DNA from: Patescibacteria group bacterium
Lineage (GTDB): Bacteria; Patescibacteriota; Minisyncoccia; UBA6257; 2-01-FULL-56-20
Assembly (NCBI GenBank): GCA_018971305.1
Contig: JAGXBC010000004.1
Span: 4,028-68,027 of the forward strand
Direction: 5' to 3'
DNA length: 64,000 nucleotides
Shown: positions 30,031 through 40,429 of the stretch, piece by piece
Position numbering within the stretch: the first letter of the stretch is position 1
Layout of the letters: every line of letters begins with the position of its first letter
Translations under genes and position numbers: made by a program
Notes under the pieces: model-generated
What the model was told of the DNA's origin: nothing
Database searches by the model: none
The model's input: only the letters and a program-made list of their open reading frames with translations

Positions 30031-30720
30031 TTATACCAATATGTATTTTCCTTTTTCCTCGTCGCGGATTATGCGGCCGCGATCAAGAGTAATAACTCTC
30101 TTCTCTAAAGTATTAATGACTTCTTTGTCGTGCGTCGCCAAAAGCAAAGTAGTGCCAAGCTGATTGATTTTCTCCAGAAGTTTGATGATTTCGTATGTGT
30201 TTAATGGATCCAGATTGCCAGTCGGCTCGTCGGCGATGATGATTTCCGGCCTGTGAATCATAGCGCGGGCGATCGCCACTCTTTGCCGCTCTCCGCCCGA
30301 AAGCTCGTGCGGAAAATTTCCGGATTTTTCACTCAAGCCCACCATGTCTAAAACCTGGGGAACGAGTTCCACGATATCTCTCTGCGGCCTGCCGGCAACC
30401 TCAAGGGCAAAAGCAACGTTTTCATAGGCCGTTTTCATCGGCAAAAGGCGGAAGTCTTGGAAAATAACGCCGACGTGCCTACGAAAAGCCGGCAATTCTC
30501 CGTCTTTGAGCTTATTAACCTCATATTGGCTAAAAAAAACTCTGCCTTTAGTTGGTTTTTCTTCACCTATTAATAGCTTGATAACGGTTGATTTTCCGGC
30601 TCCCGAACGCCCTGTGAGAGAAACAAATTCTCCCGGTTGGACCTCAAAATCAAGGTCTTCCAGAGCCGCGGAGTGGCTGTTATAAATTTTTGATACCCCT
30701 TGAAAAACTACCATAGCCAT
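30031..30720 (-). CDS. ftsE: Cell division ATPase FtsE
   Basis: GRSGAGKST, FQDFRLL, LSGGE, ADEPTGNLD. Confidence 0.95.
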   Translation of the reverse strand: MAMVVFQGVSKIYNSHSAALEDLDFEVQPGEFVSLTGRSGAGKSTVIKLLIGEEKPTKGRVFFSQYEVNKLKDGELPAFRRHVGVIFQDFRLLPMKTAYENVAFALEVAGRPQRDIVELVPQVLDMVGLSEKSGNFPHELSGGERQRVAIARAMIHRPEIIIADEPTGNLDPLNTYEIIKLLEKINQLGTTLLLATHDKEVINTLEKRVITLDRGRIIRDEEKGKYILV

Positions 30721-30770
30721 TTTTTATTGACATCTCTAATTCTATATTGTTTGTAAAAATTCACAAGTGG

Positions 30771-31806
30771 TTACTTCAAAGATTCTATCTCCGCCTCAAT
30801 GAATATGTCCAAATCTCCGGCCAATACTCCCACAACATTGGAAGTTTCCGCCTTCGTACGATGATCCTTGACCATTTGATAGGGATTAAGCACATAAGAG
30901 CGAAGCTGATTCCCCCACTCCGGCTTAACTTTAACGCGAAGATTACCCAACTCCTTAACTTGATTACGTTCCATAAGCTGGAATAATTTCGCCTTGAGGT
31001 GCCTGAGGGCCACTTCGCGATTCTGCGACTGCGAACGCTCGGCGCGGGCGGAAACTGCTATTCCCGTGGGAAGATGCACCACTCGCACCGCCGTCTCCAC
31101 CTTATTGACGTTCTGCCCGCCCGGACCTCCGGCCCTGGAAAACTCCCACCTCAAATCAGCATCGGGGATTATTAGTTTCGATTCTACAAGTGCCGGCAAA
31201 TCGGGGACAACTTCGACGAGAGCGAACGATGTGTGCCGCAATTGTTTAGAAGAAAATGGCGAGATGCGCACGAGGCGGTGCACACCCGATTCTCTCCTCA
31301 GATATCCATAGGCGAAAGAGCCGCGGATTTCGAAAGTACGCGATCGCGGACTGTCATCTATAGCGACAACTTTCCATTTTTGCCGTGCCGCGTATCCCTC
31401 ATACATCTCTGCAAGCATGCGCGCCCAGTCTTCGGCGTCGTCTCCCCCGGCACCAGGATAAACAGAGAGTACGGCCGCCTGCTTGTCGTATGGTCCGCTA
31501 AAAAGAGTCGCGAGTTCCAATTCGCGGAATTTCTTTTTTACTTCAAAAAATTTATTTTCGTCGAAAACATTCTCCAGCTCGGCCACGCCGCTCTCGATTA
31601 AATAGAATTTATCCGTCAGGTCGCGCAGTTCTCCCAGAGTCTTTATTTTTTCGTCGGCGGCAAAACGATCAGTCCAAAAACCTGGCGACGACATTTCACC
31701 CTCCAGTTTTTCTATCTCTTTCTTTTTAGTCTCTACGTCAAAGCCGCCCGCCCAAACGGCGGGCTTCGGATTCAAGTTCGGTTAATTGTTCCCTATGATC
31801 ATCCAT
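30771..31806 (-). CDS. prfB: Peptide chain release factor 2, +1 programmed frameshift
   Basis: SPF and GGQ motifs; ATG 31806 reads MDDHREQ...GGRL then CTT TGA C (31743-31737) joining the long ORF. Confidence 0.95.
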
Positions 31807-32136
31807 TTATAGTTTTTTATTTGGTTTATGGGATTTTTGTTTCTTGGCTTCTTGCGCCAGTTCTTCGCGAAGATAAACTTTCGCCAAATATCTTAAGTCT
31901 TCCTCGCTGGCATTTCGTGGATTGCTCCGCCGTGCACGCTCCATCGCCCTATACCACGCTGTATTCTCTTCCGATTCTTTATATTTTATCTTTTTTGGAT
32001 TCCTAAAACATTCCGGACAGTTTCCGGGACTATCGAATTCGTTACCACAACGATTACAAGAAGTTATTGTATGTATTTCCGGCCCCTTGGATTCTGGCTG
32101 AAAATTGGATTCCGATTGTTCCGGCATCAGAACCAT
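31807..32136 (-). CDS. Hypothetical protein with Zn-ribbon
   Basis: CNRC...CPEC. Confidence 0.6.
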   Translation of the reverse strand: MVLMPEQSESNFQPESKGPEIHTITSCNRCGNEFDSPGNCPECFRNPKKIKYKESEENTAWYRAMERARRSNPRNASEEDLRYLAKVYLREELAQEAKKQKSHKPNKKL

Positions 32137-32152
32137 TGTAACTCAATTCCGC

Positions 32153-32518
32153 TTAATTTTGAAGATAATGCGCGGAAGGGATGACTGGCCTCCCATCCAG
32201 CACGAGCCCAAGAGAAAACATTGCAGTCGGTACACCCCAGATATAGGCAGCGGTTCCGTCTATTGGGTCACAAAACCATTTTCTTCCGCCACCATATTCA
32301 GCAGTGCTTTCCTCCTCACCGATAACTCCATCGCTGGGAAATGCTTTTGCTAATCTTTGGATAACGAGAGAATTTATCAATTTGTCCGCGATGGTTACTT
32401 GGGTATTATCTTTTTTTATTTCGATATGCTGATCTTCGTCAAAGTATTTGCGCATTATTACGCCCGCTTCTTTAGCGATATCTTTGGCTGCAAATAATTC
32501 TTTAGTGTAGCTACTCAT
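32153..32518 (-). pseudogene. Truncated inositol monophosphatase family gene (N-terminal half)
   Basis: VTIAD, GEE, WFCDPIDGT present; ends at 121 aa without the C-terminal WD motif. Confidence 0.72.
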
Positions 32519-32658
32519 TACATAGACTGTATCATAAAACTATTGTGCGCGGGAGTTTCGCATGCCCGATAGTCAGTTGGGCAGATACGCTTCCAGTTCA
32601 AATCCGGGAAAACAGGATGCAACTAAATTGTTCCAATGGAACAGTTTGGTTGCACATG

Positions 32659-32730
32659 AGCCACCTCCCGGATTTGAACCGGGGACCTTCGCTTTACGAA
32701 AGCGCTGCTCTACCGCTGAGCTAAGGTGGC
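32659..32730 (-). tRNA. tRNA-Thr (anticodon CGT)
   Basis: GCCACCT acceptor stem, TAGCTCAGCGGTAGAGC D-arm, loop TTCGTAA, GGTTCAAATCC T-loop; CCA not encoded. Confidence 0.96.
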
Positions 32731-32821
32731 GGCATTTTATATTTGAAATTTAACAAATTTCCGGCCAATTCGCAAACAAAATAGGCGTGGCAAAAGCCGC
32801 ACCTATTATCACAAAATCGGA

Positions 32822-33013
32822 TTAATTAACAAACACTTCTTTAAATCTTTCTTCGCCGAATACTTGCTTGAATGCTTCTGGTTTCCAAAGCCGTCTCAAA
32901 TATTCGTTTCTCAGCCTTTCAATGTCATAACTTTCATGATGACCGTCAACAAATTCGTCGCGGATTCGTTCGCGTTTTCCGCGGACCAGTATCAGTAAAA
33001 GCGGATTATTCAT
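32822..33013 (-). CDS. Small hypothetical protein
   Basis: 63 aa; AAGGAGG SD and TTGCCG/TATTAT promoter upstream. Confidence 0.6.
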   Translation of the reverse strand: MNNPLLLILVRGKRERIRDEFVDGHHESYDIERLRNEYLRRLWKPEAFKQVFGEERFKEVFVN

Positions 33014-33151
33014 CGTAGCATCCTCCTTATAGATAACTATCTACATAATAACAAGAACAACCAAATATCGGCAACCCTACGCCAAATCTAACTCAGTTAA
33101 AATTGCTCTATCAAACAGAAATCAGTTGATTAGACGTTATGCCGTTTTGAG

Positions 33152-33685
33152 CTATTGAACGATTATCGTACCCGTATCGCTGGCGCGGAGATGGTTGTGA
33201 TAATTCCAAGTTCCTGACTTATTGAATGTAAATGACCACGAGCCGCCAGGTGGAATGCCGCCGCAAGCGTCAAACGTGTCGCCGGTAGGACTCGCGCAGT
33301 GCTGTTGGAGAGATGTGCCGTCATAAAGAGTGTGTGTGGGATGATTATTGGATGCCGGCCAGAACGAAGATGAGCTCTTATTTTCGAAAACAACCGTGTC
33401 GCCCCGGTTTATTGTCACGGCATTCGGAGAAAAACCACTGTCGGTATAGTCAACCGTAACGGTTATGGTTGCCGTAACAGTAGCTGGAGGAAGAACGGGT
33501 GTAGGATCAACGGTCTTATCCGTAGCAGGGGTATTAGCATCGGCACCGTTCAAATTATTCTGTGATACCGTGCCGTTCTGAACGCCGGGTACAACAGTCG
33601 CACTTGTTCCGGAATTTTTAACAACAACAAAAGTCACCAACACAACTATAACTATCCCACCTAAAATATATAATTTTTTAGACAT
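33152..33685 (-). CDS. Membrane-anchored cupredoxin (plastocyanin-like) protein
   Basis: FSP..VTI..GDTV.F.N, WPASNNHPTH, F.KSGTWNYHNHL. Confidence 0.85.
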   Translation of the reverse strand: MSKKLYILGGIVIVVLVTFVVVKNSGTSATVVPGVQNGTVSQNNLNGADANTPATDKTVDPTPVLPPATVTATITVTVDYTDSGFSPNAVTINRGDTVVFENKSSSSFWPASNNHPTHTLYDGTSLQQHCASPTGDTFDACGGIPPGGSWSFTFNKSGTWNYHNHLRASDTGTIIVQ

Positions 33686-33699
33686 AAAATAATTTTAAT

Positions 33700-34173
33700 T
33701 TAACCAATGAAGTCGCGCAAGCGCGGGTACTTGGCGCAAAACGCCGCATTAGACCGCCAACTGTCTATCCCCCACACGCGCCCTGCTCGTGAAGCGGCAA
33801 AAAACAACATAACAAATCCGTAAATAATATGTTCGTCGACAATTAGCGAATTGGCATCGGGATGGATTATGCCAAGAGGCAAATAATATAAAAGCATCAT
33901 TACCGCTCCGAGCTTGGATGAAAGACGAACGCCTACTCCCAAAATAAGAGAAGTGCCAAGGAGCGTTAACCCCCATTCGTTCACGAAATTCGTTATCGGC
34001 AAAATAGCCGGACTCGCAAGCCATGCATAAAATCCTGACAGAAACTTGGCGTTATTCAAGTATCCAGCAGCTGACCAGTTCGGATTTAAAACTTTCGTTA
34101 TACCGGCGTAAAACATTAACCATCCCAAAGAAACTCGGGCTAGAACCAAAAACAATTTTTGCGATTTGGTCAT
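33700..34173 (-). CDS. DoxX family membrane protein
   Basis: RVSLGW.MF.AG..K, W...LG..LILG...R, AGR..G.D. Confidence 0.87.
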   Translation of the reverse strand: MTKSQKLFLVLARVSLGWLMFYAGITKVLNPNWSAAGYLNNAKFLSGFYAWLASPAILPITNFVNEWGLTLLGTSLILGVGVRLSSKLGAVMMLLYYLPLGIIHPDANSLIVDEHIIYGFVMLFFAASRAGRVWGIDSWRSNAAFCAKYPRLRDFIG

Positions 34174-34231
34174 GAATAAATTATATCACAAAGAATAAGG
34201 TCGACATGAACCGACAATAAAATATATTGTT

Positions 34232-35428
34232 TTAAGAATAAATTCTTATCAGTTCGTCGAATTTGGACATTCGTTCCTTTACCGGTGCGCCTATTTTTAC
34301 GCCATATGCTCCACCGGCGCGGGCAAGATGGATTATAAAATTATCAGCAGTTTCTCCGGAGCGGTGGGAAACGATGCATTTTATCCCAAGCTTGTGCGCG
34401 GCCTTCATTGCCGCGCAGGCCTCGCTTACCGTTCCTATTTGATTCGGTTTGATGATAACGCCGCTTATCAATTTACCCCGCCCAGCTGCAGAAATAGCCG
34501 CGGGGTTCGTTACGGTCAAGTCATCACCTACTATTAATTTCTTTTTCTCAGCCGCCAAAAGTTCGGCAAATCCTCCGCCGTCGTTCTCGTCGAAGGGGTC
34601 TTCAACGGAAACAAGCATCGGAGCCTGGCGAAAATATCTTTCGTAGGTTTTTAAAAGTTCTTCCCGGGAGAGACGCGCGCCTGCAAACATATACCAACCA
34701 CCTTTATAAAATCCAGAGGCCGCGGCATCAAGCCCGATTTGGAAATCTTTCCGCAGGCGGAATTTCTTAATGAGCTCTCCTAAAATATGTATCGGTTCGA
34801 AATTGTTTTTGAAATCCAAAGAATATCCACCCTCATCACCTATGGGAAGATTTTTCATCTTGTATCTCTTGCCCAAAAAGTCCCCAAGTTTTTTATAAAA
34901 ACCAACAAGTGTCTCAACGCTTTTCTCCACTGGCCGCCCAATTCTCACTACAATCATATACTCCTGGATATCCAGATCGTTATTTGCATGCACGCCGCCG
35001 TTTATGACATTGGAAAATATAAATGGCACGCGCTTAATGTTTTTGCCGGGGAAAAATTCTTTTTGCAATATCTGCCATGGCTCTTTTTTATGTTCAAAAG
35101 CCAATCCGCGCGTAAAAGCGATGGAGGCACCGAGCATAACATTGCCGCCAAATTTCTTTTTGTCCGACGTACCATCCAGCTTTAGAAGAAAGCGATCGAA
35201 CTTAGTAATGGAGATAAATCTCTTGCCGCGAAGTTTCTTGTTAAGTAATTCTCCGGCTTTCTTGGCCGCTTTCGGCGGTAATACAAATACTTCCCGTTCT
35301 CCGCGGCTTTTTCCGGAAGGCACCTGACCGAAAAATTCTTCGCCGCTGCCGTCAACAATGCAAACCTCAACAGTCGGCTCGCCGCGTGAGTCGAAAATTT
35401 CTCTGACAAGTAAATTTTTTACCGTCAT
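34232..35428 (-). CDS. eno: Enolase (divergent)
   Basis: DSRGEPTVE, NGGVHA, GDEGG, EDPF, GDDL, KPNQIG, SHRSGET. Confidence 0.93.
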   Translation of the reverse strand: MTVKNLLVREIFDSRGEPTVEVCIVDGSGEEFFGQVPSGKSRGEREVFVLPPKAAKKAGELLNKKLRGKRFISITKFDRFLLKLDGTSDKKKFGGNVMLGASIAFTRGLAFEHKKEPWQILQKEFFPGKNIKRVPFIFSNVINGGVHANNDLDIQEYMIVVRIGRPVEKSVETLVGFYKKLGDFLGKRYKMKNLPIGDEGGYSLDFKNNFEPIHILGELIKKFRLRKDFQIGLDAAASGFYKGGWYMFAGARLSREELLKTYERYFRQAPMLVSVEDPFDENDGGGFAELLAAEKKKLIVGDDLTVTNPAAISAAGRGKLISGVIIKPNQIGTVSEACAAMKAAHKLGIKCIVSHRSGETADNFIIHLARAGGAYGVKIGAPVKERMSKFDELIRIYS

Positions 35429-35430
35429 CC

Positions 35431-36420
35431 TTATTTATTTGGCACTAAATTCACCGGCTTTCCTTCGGTGAAGGCAACAATATTATCTATCGTGGTTTCC
35501 AAAATTCTCTGGAACGCTTCCTTGGTATTGAAGGCGTTGTGCGGCGTAACTATTACGTTCGGCATCATAACAAGTTCGCGGTCAAGGCTCATGTCCCCCG
35601 CTTTCATATTCGCTTCTTCTTCAAGCACATCAAGCCCCGCGCCGCCAAGCTGTCCGGATTTGAGCGCGGCGATAACCGCAGGCGTTTCCACTATAGCCCC
35701 GCGGGCTGTATTAATAAGATAGGCACCCTTCTTCATTAAGCCGATGTTATTTTTATTTATAAGGTGGTGCGTTGACGGCAAATACGGGCAATGGATGGTA
35801 ATAACATCGCTCTCTGCGAGAATTTCTTCCAACGAAACATAGGAGTATCCCATCTCTTTGGCAAAAGCGTCATCGTGGTAAACATCATACGCCACTATTT
35901 TCATTCCAAAACCTTTTCCCATGCGGACCGCGTGTTTGCCGATACGACCGGTACCGATAACGCCCAGAGTTTTGCCTGCCAGGTCAAAACCGCAAAGCCC
36001 GTCCGTGGAAAATTTCTTTTCGTCTTTAACCCGAACGCTCGCTTCGCGTATCTTCCGAGATAAAGCAAGGAGGAGGGCAAAAGCGAATTCTGCCACCGTA
36101 TTTTCCCCGTATGCGGGCACCGATGAAACCTGGACCCCGCGTTCCGCTGCGGCTTTAAGGTCTATGTGATCAAAACCGGTCGAGAGCGTGGCTATGAATT
36201 TAAGTTCCGGCAGGACGCTTATCGTAGACGCATCAACCTTGGAATCCATAAAAACCCCGGCGATATCGAAATCTTTTTCGGATGGGATACTATCTTTATT
36301 TAATAATTCACCGGAGAAAACGACTTCCACTCCGGCTTTTTTTAATTTCTCGCTGCTTTCCACGTAATCCTTTCCTTCGCCCCAATATTTAAAATTAAAA
36401 AATATTGCTTTATGATTCAT
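35431..36420 (-). CDS. D-2-hydroxyacid dehydrogenase (D-lactate dehydrogenase-like)
   Basis: STGFDHID, GTGRIG, NTARG, LDVLEEE, TPHNAF. Confidence 0.92.
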   Translation of the reverse strand: MNHKAIFFNFKYWGEGKDYVESSEKLKKAGVEVVFSGELLNKDSIPSEKDFDIAGVFMDSKVDASTISVLPELKFIATLSTGFDHIDLKAAAERGVQVSSVPAYGENTVAEFAFALLLALSRKIREASVRVKDEKKFSTDGLCGFDLAGKTLGVIGTGRIGKHAVRMGKGFGMKIVAYDVYHDDAFAKEMGYSYVSLEEILAESDVITIHCPYLPSTHHLINKNNIGLMKKGAYLINTARGAIVETPAVIAALKSGQLGGAGLDVLEEEANMKAGDMSLDRELVMMPNVIVTPHNAFNTKEAFQRILETTIDNIVAFTEGKPVNLVPNK

Positions 36421-36490
36421 ATAATAATTTTAGAACAATTTTACCGAGATGCACAAATGATGATTGTGGCCAGTTAGAGATAATAATAAA

Positions 36491-37270
36491 CTATGGAACG
36501 TCATCAATTTTCATTGCTGCAAGACATAAAAACAAAGGTATTTCTTTCCGGGCAATGTCTTCCGCCTTGGCCCGCGGACCCGGCTCGCTCTTTTTATGCG
36601 AATTCCATTCTTCCAGCGCCGTAACCGCTAAACCGGCTTTCCGTAACACCTTAAAATAAAATTGCAGCGGACGGTGAAAAGAAAGCGTATGCTTTCCCGG
36701 ATTGTCCCCGGGGTGCATCTCTATCGGCACCTTGGCCTCGGAAAGATATTTATCTATGCGACGATATTGTATTTTGGCCTTATCATCCCAACCCCAACTG
36801 CTGGCTTTGGGAACGCGGAATGCAGGATGGTTCATGACGATAAAAATCTTGCCGCCAAGCTTAAGTACGCGCGCGCATTCGCGCAACGCCTCCCCAACAC
36901 CGTCTATGTTTTGCAGGGCGAGAACGACAGCAATCTTATTTACGCTTTCGTTCTTTATAAATGGAAACTTTCCCGCGGAAGCAACTTCAAAATGAATATC
37001 TTCGGGCGAATGAGTCCTGGCCAGAGCTATTAAAGTCCGCGATGCGTCAACTCCCGTGACTCGCGCTCCGGCTCGCAGAAATTCCCTGGCGAAAAACCCT
37101 TGTCCGCAGGCAAGATCAAGAACCGTCTCTCCCTTTTTTATTTCCATAAGGCGCAAAAGGTTGGGCAATATCAAATCTTTCTGATACGTCCCCTGGCCCT
37201 CAAGCATTCGGTCATACCATTTAGCAACCCCCTCCCAGGAAGTATCTTTTTTATGTACGGGTTTTTTCAT
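36491..37270 (-). CDS. Class I SAM-dependent methyltransferase
   Basis: VLDLACGQG motif I; start placed at MKKPV. Confidence 0.9.
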   Translation of the reverse strand: MKKPVHKKDTSWEGVAKWYDRMLEGQGTYQKDLILPNLLRLMEIKKGETVLDLACGQGFFAREFLRAGARVTGVDASRTLIALARTHSPEDIHFEVASAGKFPFIKNESVNKIAVVLALQNIDGVGEALRECARVLKLGGKIFIVMNHPAFRVPKASSWGWDDKAKIQYRRIDKYLSEAKVPIEMHPGDNPGKHTLSFHRPLQFYFKVLRKAGLAVTALEEWNSHKKSEPGPRAKAEDIARKEIPLFLCLAAMKIDDVP

Positions 37271-37380
37271 GCGGTTGCTCTTATTATATTGGCCAGAAGG
37301 AAATAATAAAAGCTCCACGGTTTGACGCGAAAAAAAATTTGCGATAAAATATCCTAAGTTTATTTTGGAAGGAGGAAACT

Positions 37381-37680
37381 ATGCTTCTCTGGGTAGGATT
37401 ACTTTTGGCAGGTCTTTCCCTTTTTGGTTTCGTGGGATACTCCCACATCCGATACGGGTATTACTGGGCCATGCGTCCCGACAAACTTGTTGTTGCCGTG
37501 TGCTTAACCGCATGGGCTATGTATTACGTCGGCTTGATTAAGCTGGTAGGAACTGAGCATGTTAACACCACCTACATTGGTATTAAAATCCTTGCATTTA
37601 TACTCACGCTTGGAGTTCTCACCTCAAGTAATAAAGTAGGTAGGGCCATAGCTAGAGTAAGAAATCGGAGAGAAGAATAA
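37381..37680 (+). CDS. Small three-TM membrane protein (paralog of 42760-43077)
   Basis: TTGACG-17-TAAAAT promoter, AAGGAGG SD; shared LFG..GYS..R.G.YW. Confidence 0.72.
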   Translation: MLLWVGLLLAGLSLFGFVGYSHIRYGYYWAMRPDKLVVAVCLTAWAMYYVGLIKLVGTEHVNTTYIGIKILAFILTLGVLTSSNKVGRAIARVRNRREE

Positions 37681-37809
37681 AATTTCTCCCGCAAAACATC
37701 CTAAAACCCACAACGACCCGCCAAATTGGTGGGCGTTTTTATATCCAAAAATAGATTTAATAAAAAACCACCCAGAAAATCTGGGCGGTTCGCACAAATA
37801 GGATAATTA

Positions 37810-38070
37810 TTATTTTTCTTTCGAAAATATGAAGTCGCGCAAAAATTCAAATCCCGCGGGCGTATCTTCAAACAAATCGCCTTTAGGGGGTTTTTTCTCC
37901 GGCTCTTTGGGAACATGCTCCCCGGGTGGAACCGGAATATGAACATTCCCCTTGGCGCCACATTTTCCACAACGCACTGTTACGGTTGTTCCATAATGTT
38001 TTTCCGAAATCCGAAATTGTAATTTATAGCCGCAACCCGGACATTGTACGGTACGGAATCCTTTTTCCAT
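37810..38070 (-). CDS. Zn-ribbon hypothetical protein
   Basis: CPGC...CGKC; GAGGAG SD; TTGATG-17-TATAAT. Confidence 0.7.
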   Translation of the reverse strand: MEKGFRTVQCPGCGYKLQFRISEKHYGTTVTVRCGKCGAKGNVHIPVPPGEHVPKEPEKKPPKGDLFEDTPAGFEFLRDFIFSKEK

Positions 38071-38182
38071 ATTCTCCTCTCTGATTCCAAAATTCTGTGA
38101 TAGATTATAACGCCAGCCGGTAATAACATCAAACGCGTTGGCCCTAAAATAAAGCGCTCCAGCGATGCTGGAGCTTTTAATA

Positions 38183-39043
38183 TTATCTATTTATAAGACT
38201 GGGTTGTTCGTAGGGGTCGGCGGGGTCATCAATCGTTCCGCAAAATTCTGCAGCAATCGATAAGTATTCATGGACAACGAGCCAATCAAATCTGCCCTGT
38301 ACATCCTTCATCTTCCTTTCTGTATCAATGTTCAAGTTGCGAAAAGTGAAAAATAGGTCGCTTAGTCCAGGGAGAACTCTTCCTTCAAGGCCTCCAGCAA
38401 CACCGAGACCCAGAGAACTGTTTTCCTGATGAATGACGCTAAGATATCTCATTGCTTTCTCGGCATCCAAAAGTTTTCCGGTACCGCCGCTCATATCAAA
38501 GAGAATGTCGGAAACAAATCCGCCGAAAGAAGCGATGTGCCTCGCAAGTTCATTCGGGGCTTTTTCACCAAAAACATTTTCCAGTTCGCTTACGACAGCG
38601 GACGAGGTCTGAAGGATTATGCGAACATTTGGATAGTTAACGCAGTACTTCGCGAGCTCGCTTATAATACGCTCCCGTACGGCTGGCCGGTTGATACTGA
38701 GATCATTGAGTTGGAAACCATGAAGGCGCCTTCCACCCAAATCTGTCAGCCTAAGCAGCTGATCGCTTAGGGTATTTGGATTATTCGTGTTGTAATGAAT
38801 CAGGTTCAAAACCTTGGCAGAGTCATCAGTTCTGAAGACATGTTGTATCCGGCTTCCTGGAGCATAACGTTTCTCTTGAAGACTCTTATCGCACAAAAGA
38901 GAGTTCTGATCTGCACTAACTCCGATCATTAGAGGCCTCTTGTTGCGCACACCCTTAAGCTGCTCTGACCAAAACGCAATCGTGTTTTCAACCTCCAACG
39001 GCCAGAGATAACCGTTAATTCCTACATACGGAGCAAAACGCAT
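38183..39043 (-). CDS. TIM-barrel protein (TrpF/ribulose-phosphate-binding barrel-like)
   Basis: GFQLN, LFDMSGGTG, GVAGGL, IDTE. Confidence 0.65.
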   Translation of the reverse strand: MRFAPYVGINGYLWPLEVENTIAFWSEQLKGVRNKRPLMIGVSADQNSLLCDKSLQEKRYAPGSRIQHVFRTDDSAKVLNLIHYNTNNPNTLSDQLLRLTDLGGRRLHGFQLNDLSINRPAVRERIISELAKYCVNYPNVRIILQTSSAVVSELENVFGEKAPNELARHIASFGGFVSDILFDMSGGTGKLLDAEKAMRYLSVIHQENSSLGLGVAGGLEGRVLPGLSDLFFTFRNLNIDTERKMKDVQGRFDWLVVHEYLSIAAEFCGTIDDPADPYEQPSLINR

Positions 39044-39206
39044 ATTGTGATTCTCCTTTCAATTTGGGCTGAGAACATATTAAAGCTTGGTACGGTGTTT
39101 AGTCAATAGTTATTCCGCTATATATTACAAAACCTATCGCATCTAGGGCGGGCTTAGCCGGGAATTAGAAACAAAAAAAATCGGCGCCGAAGTTCGGAAC
39201 CGATGT

Positions 39207-39710
39207 TTAATTTATTCTAAAGAAGAAAATCGCCTGCGCTGCGGTGATGGCCGCAGACATAAACATAACCGCGTCGCCGAAACTGAAACGCCATTTGGGG
39301 AAAATATCCGCGAATATGTCTGCCAGAAACGCCAACTTTGTGTCCGAACCCATCGGACGATACATTACTGTGTCGCGCAGTCGTTGATGAGAACGAACAA
39401 TACTAGGCATCCTACCCCCGTTGACACAGATAACGGCCAGGTTTAAGGCGCTCCCAAAAGGCAGCATATACTTTAGTGCCCAATATTGATGATTTCCGAG
39501 AACTAGGCAGGAAAATATCAGCAACATACCGGTTGTAAAGATTGTTATGACGGTTATCACTCTCAGCTTTGCCGAAGAAAAAAAACGCCATAGAAAATGA
39601 TCTGCCACCCATACCACGAAAAAGATAATCGGGTGGATGACAATATTCTTAACCAACGGAACCAGGGCGAAAATTATAAACCAGAGTACGAAATAGCCAT
39701 AAAGAAACAT
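39207..39710 (-). CDS. DUF5317-like membrane protein
   Basis: G..LN..VI..NGGRMP, L.FLAD, FSFGD. Confidence 0.78.
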   Translation of the reverse strand: MFLYGYFVLWFIIFALVPLVKNIVIHPIIFFVVWVADHFLWRFFSSAKLRVITVITIFTTGMLLIFSCLVLGNHQYWALKYMLPFGSALNLAVICVNGGRMPSIVRSHQRLRDTVMYRPMGSDTKLAFLADIFADIFPKWRFSFGDAVMFMSAAITAAQAIFFFRIN

Positions 39711-39818
39711 GCCTCATCCTCCCGTCCAGAATTTTAAATGCCTGCGCCTATGGTAATACTATGTTCAGCTTCGGTCAAATTTTTTTCGAGATTCTACAGG
39801 CTCCCGCCAACCAAGAAA

Positions 39819-40316
39819 TTATACGATCTTCATCGCCTCCTCTATGATTTTAAAATCCCGGGAAACTATGAACGGCCCGTCGTTAGTTTTAGGCCTGCCC
39901 TTCTTCAATAATTCAACCGCAGTTTCGGGGTTTACCCATTGAACCTCAAAACCATCGTCGATTTCGTCCTGCTCAAAGCGCGGCTCGCCTTTTTTACTTG
40001 TCACGTTGGCAATATAAGAAAACGACTCCTGTTCTTCGTCTCGCTCGTCAGGGAAATGGCGGTACTCGATTATTTCTCCCACCTCTGCCGCAACCTCAAC
40101 GTCGCATCCTATCTCTTCCAAACACTCTCTTTTGAGCGCCTCAATAATACTCTCGCCTTCATCAATGCCGCCGCCGGGAAGTTTATGGTAACCGTGTTTG
40201 GAAACATAAAGCAGGGCCACTTTCCCCTCTTTATCAAAAACAACGGCTCGCGCCGCTTTTCGAACTTTATAATCCCGAAGAACATTTTTATCTCCGAGTG
40301 TCAGTAAAAGTTTCAT
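39819..40316 (-). CDS. NUDIX hydrolase
   Basis: Nudix box GGGIDEGESIIEALKRECLEEIG. Confidence 0.93.
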   Translation of the reverse strand: MKLLLTLGDKNVLRDYKVRKAARAVVFDKEGKVALLYVSKHGYHKLPGGGIDEGESIIEALKRECLEEIGCDVEVAAEVGEIIEYRHFPDERDEEQESFSYIANVTSKKGEPRFEQDEIDDGFEVQWVNPETAVELLKKGRPKTNDGPFIVSRDFKIIEEAMKIV

Positions 40317-40429
40317 AGGAAAATTATATCATTGAGTGTGATTATTTTGAAAACATTAGCGAAAGAATGGAAAAATAAAATCCCTCTCAAACAACGAGAG
40401 GGTGGAGTTTTGTCCGCCGGAATAGCGTC

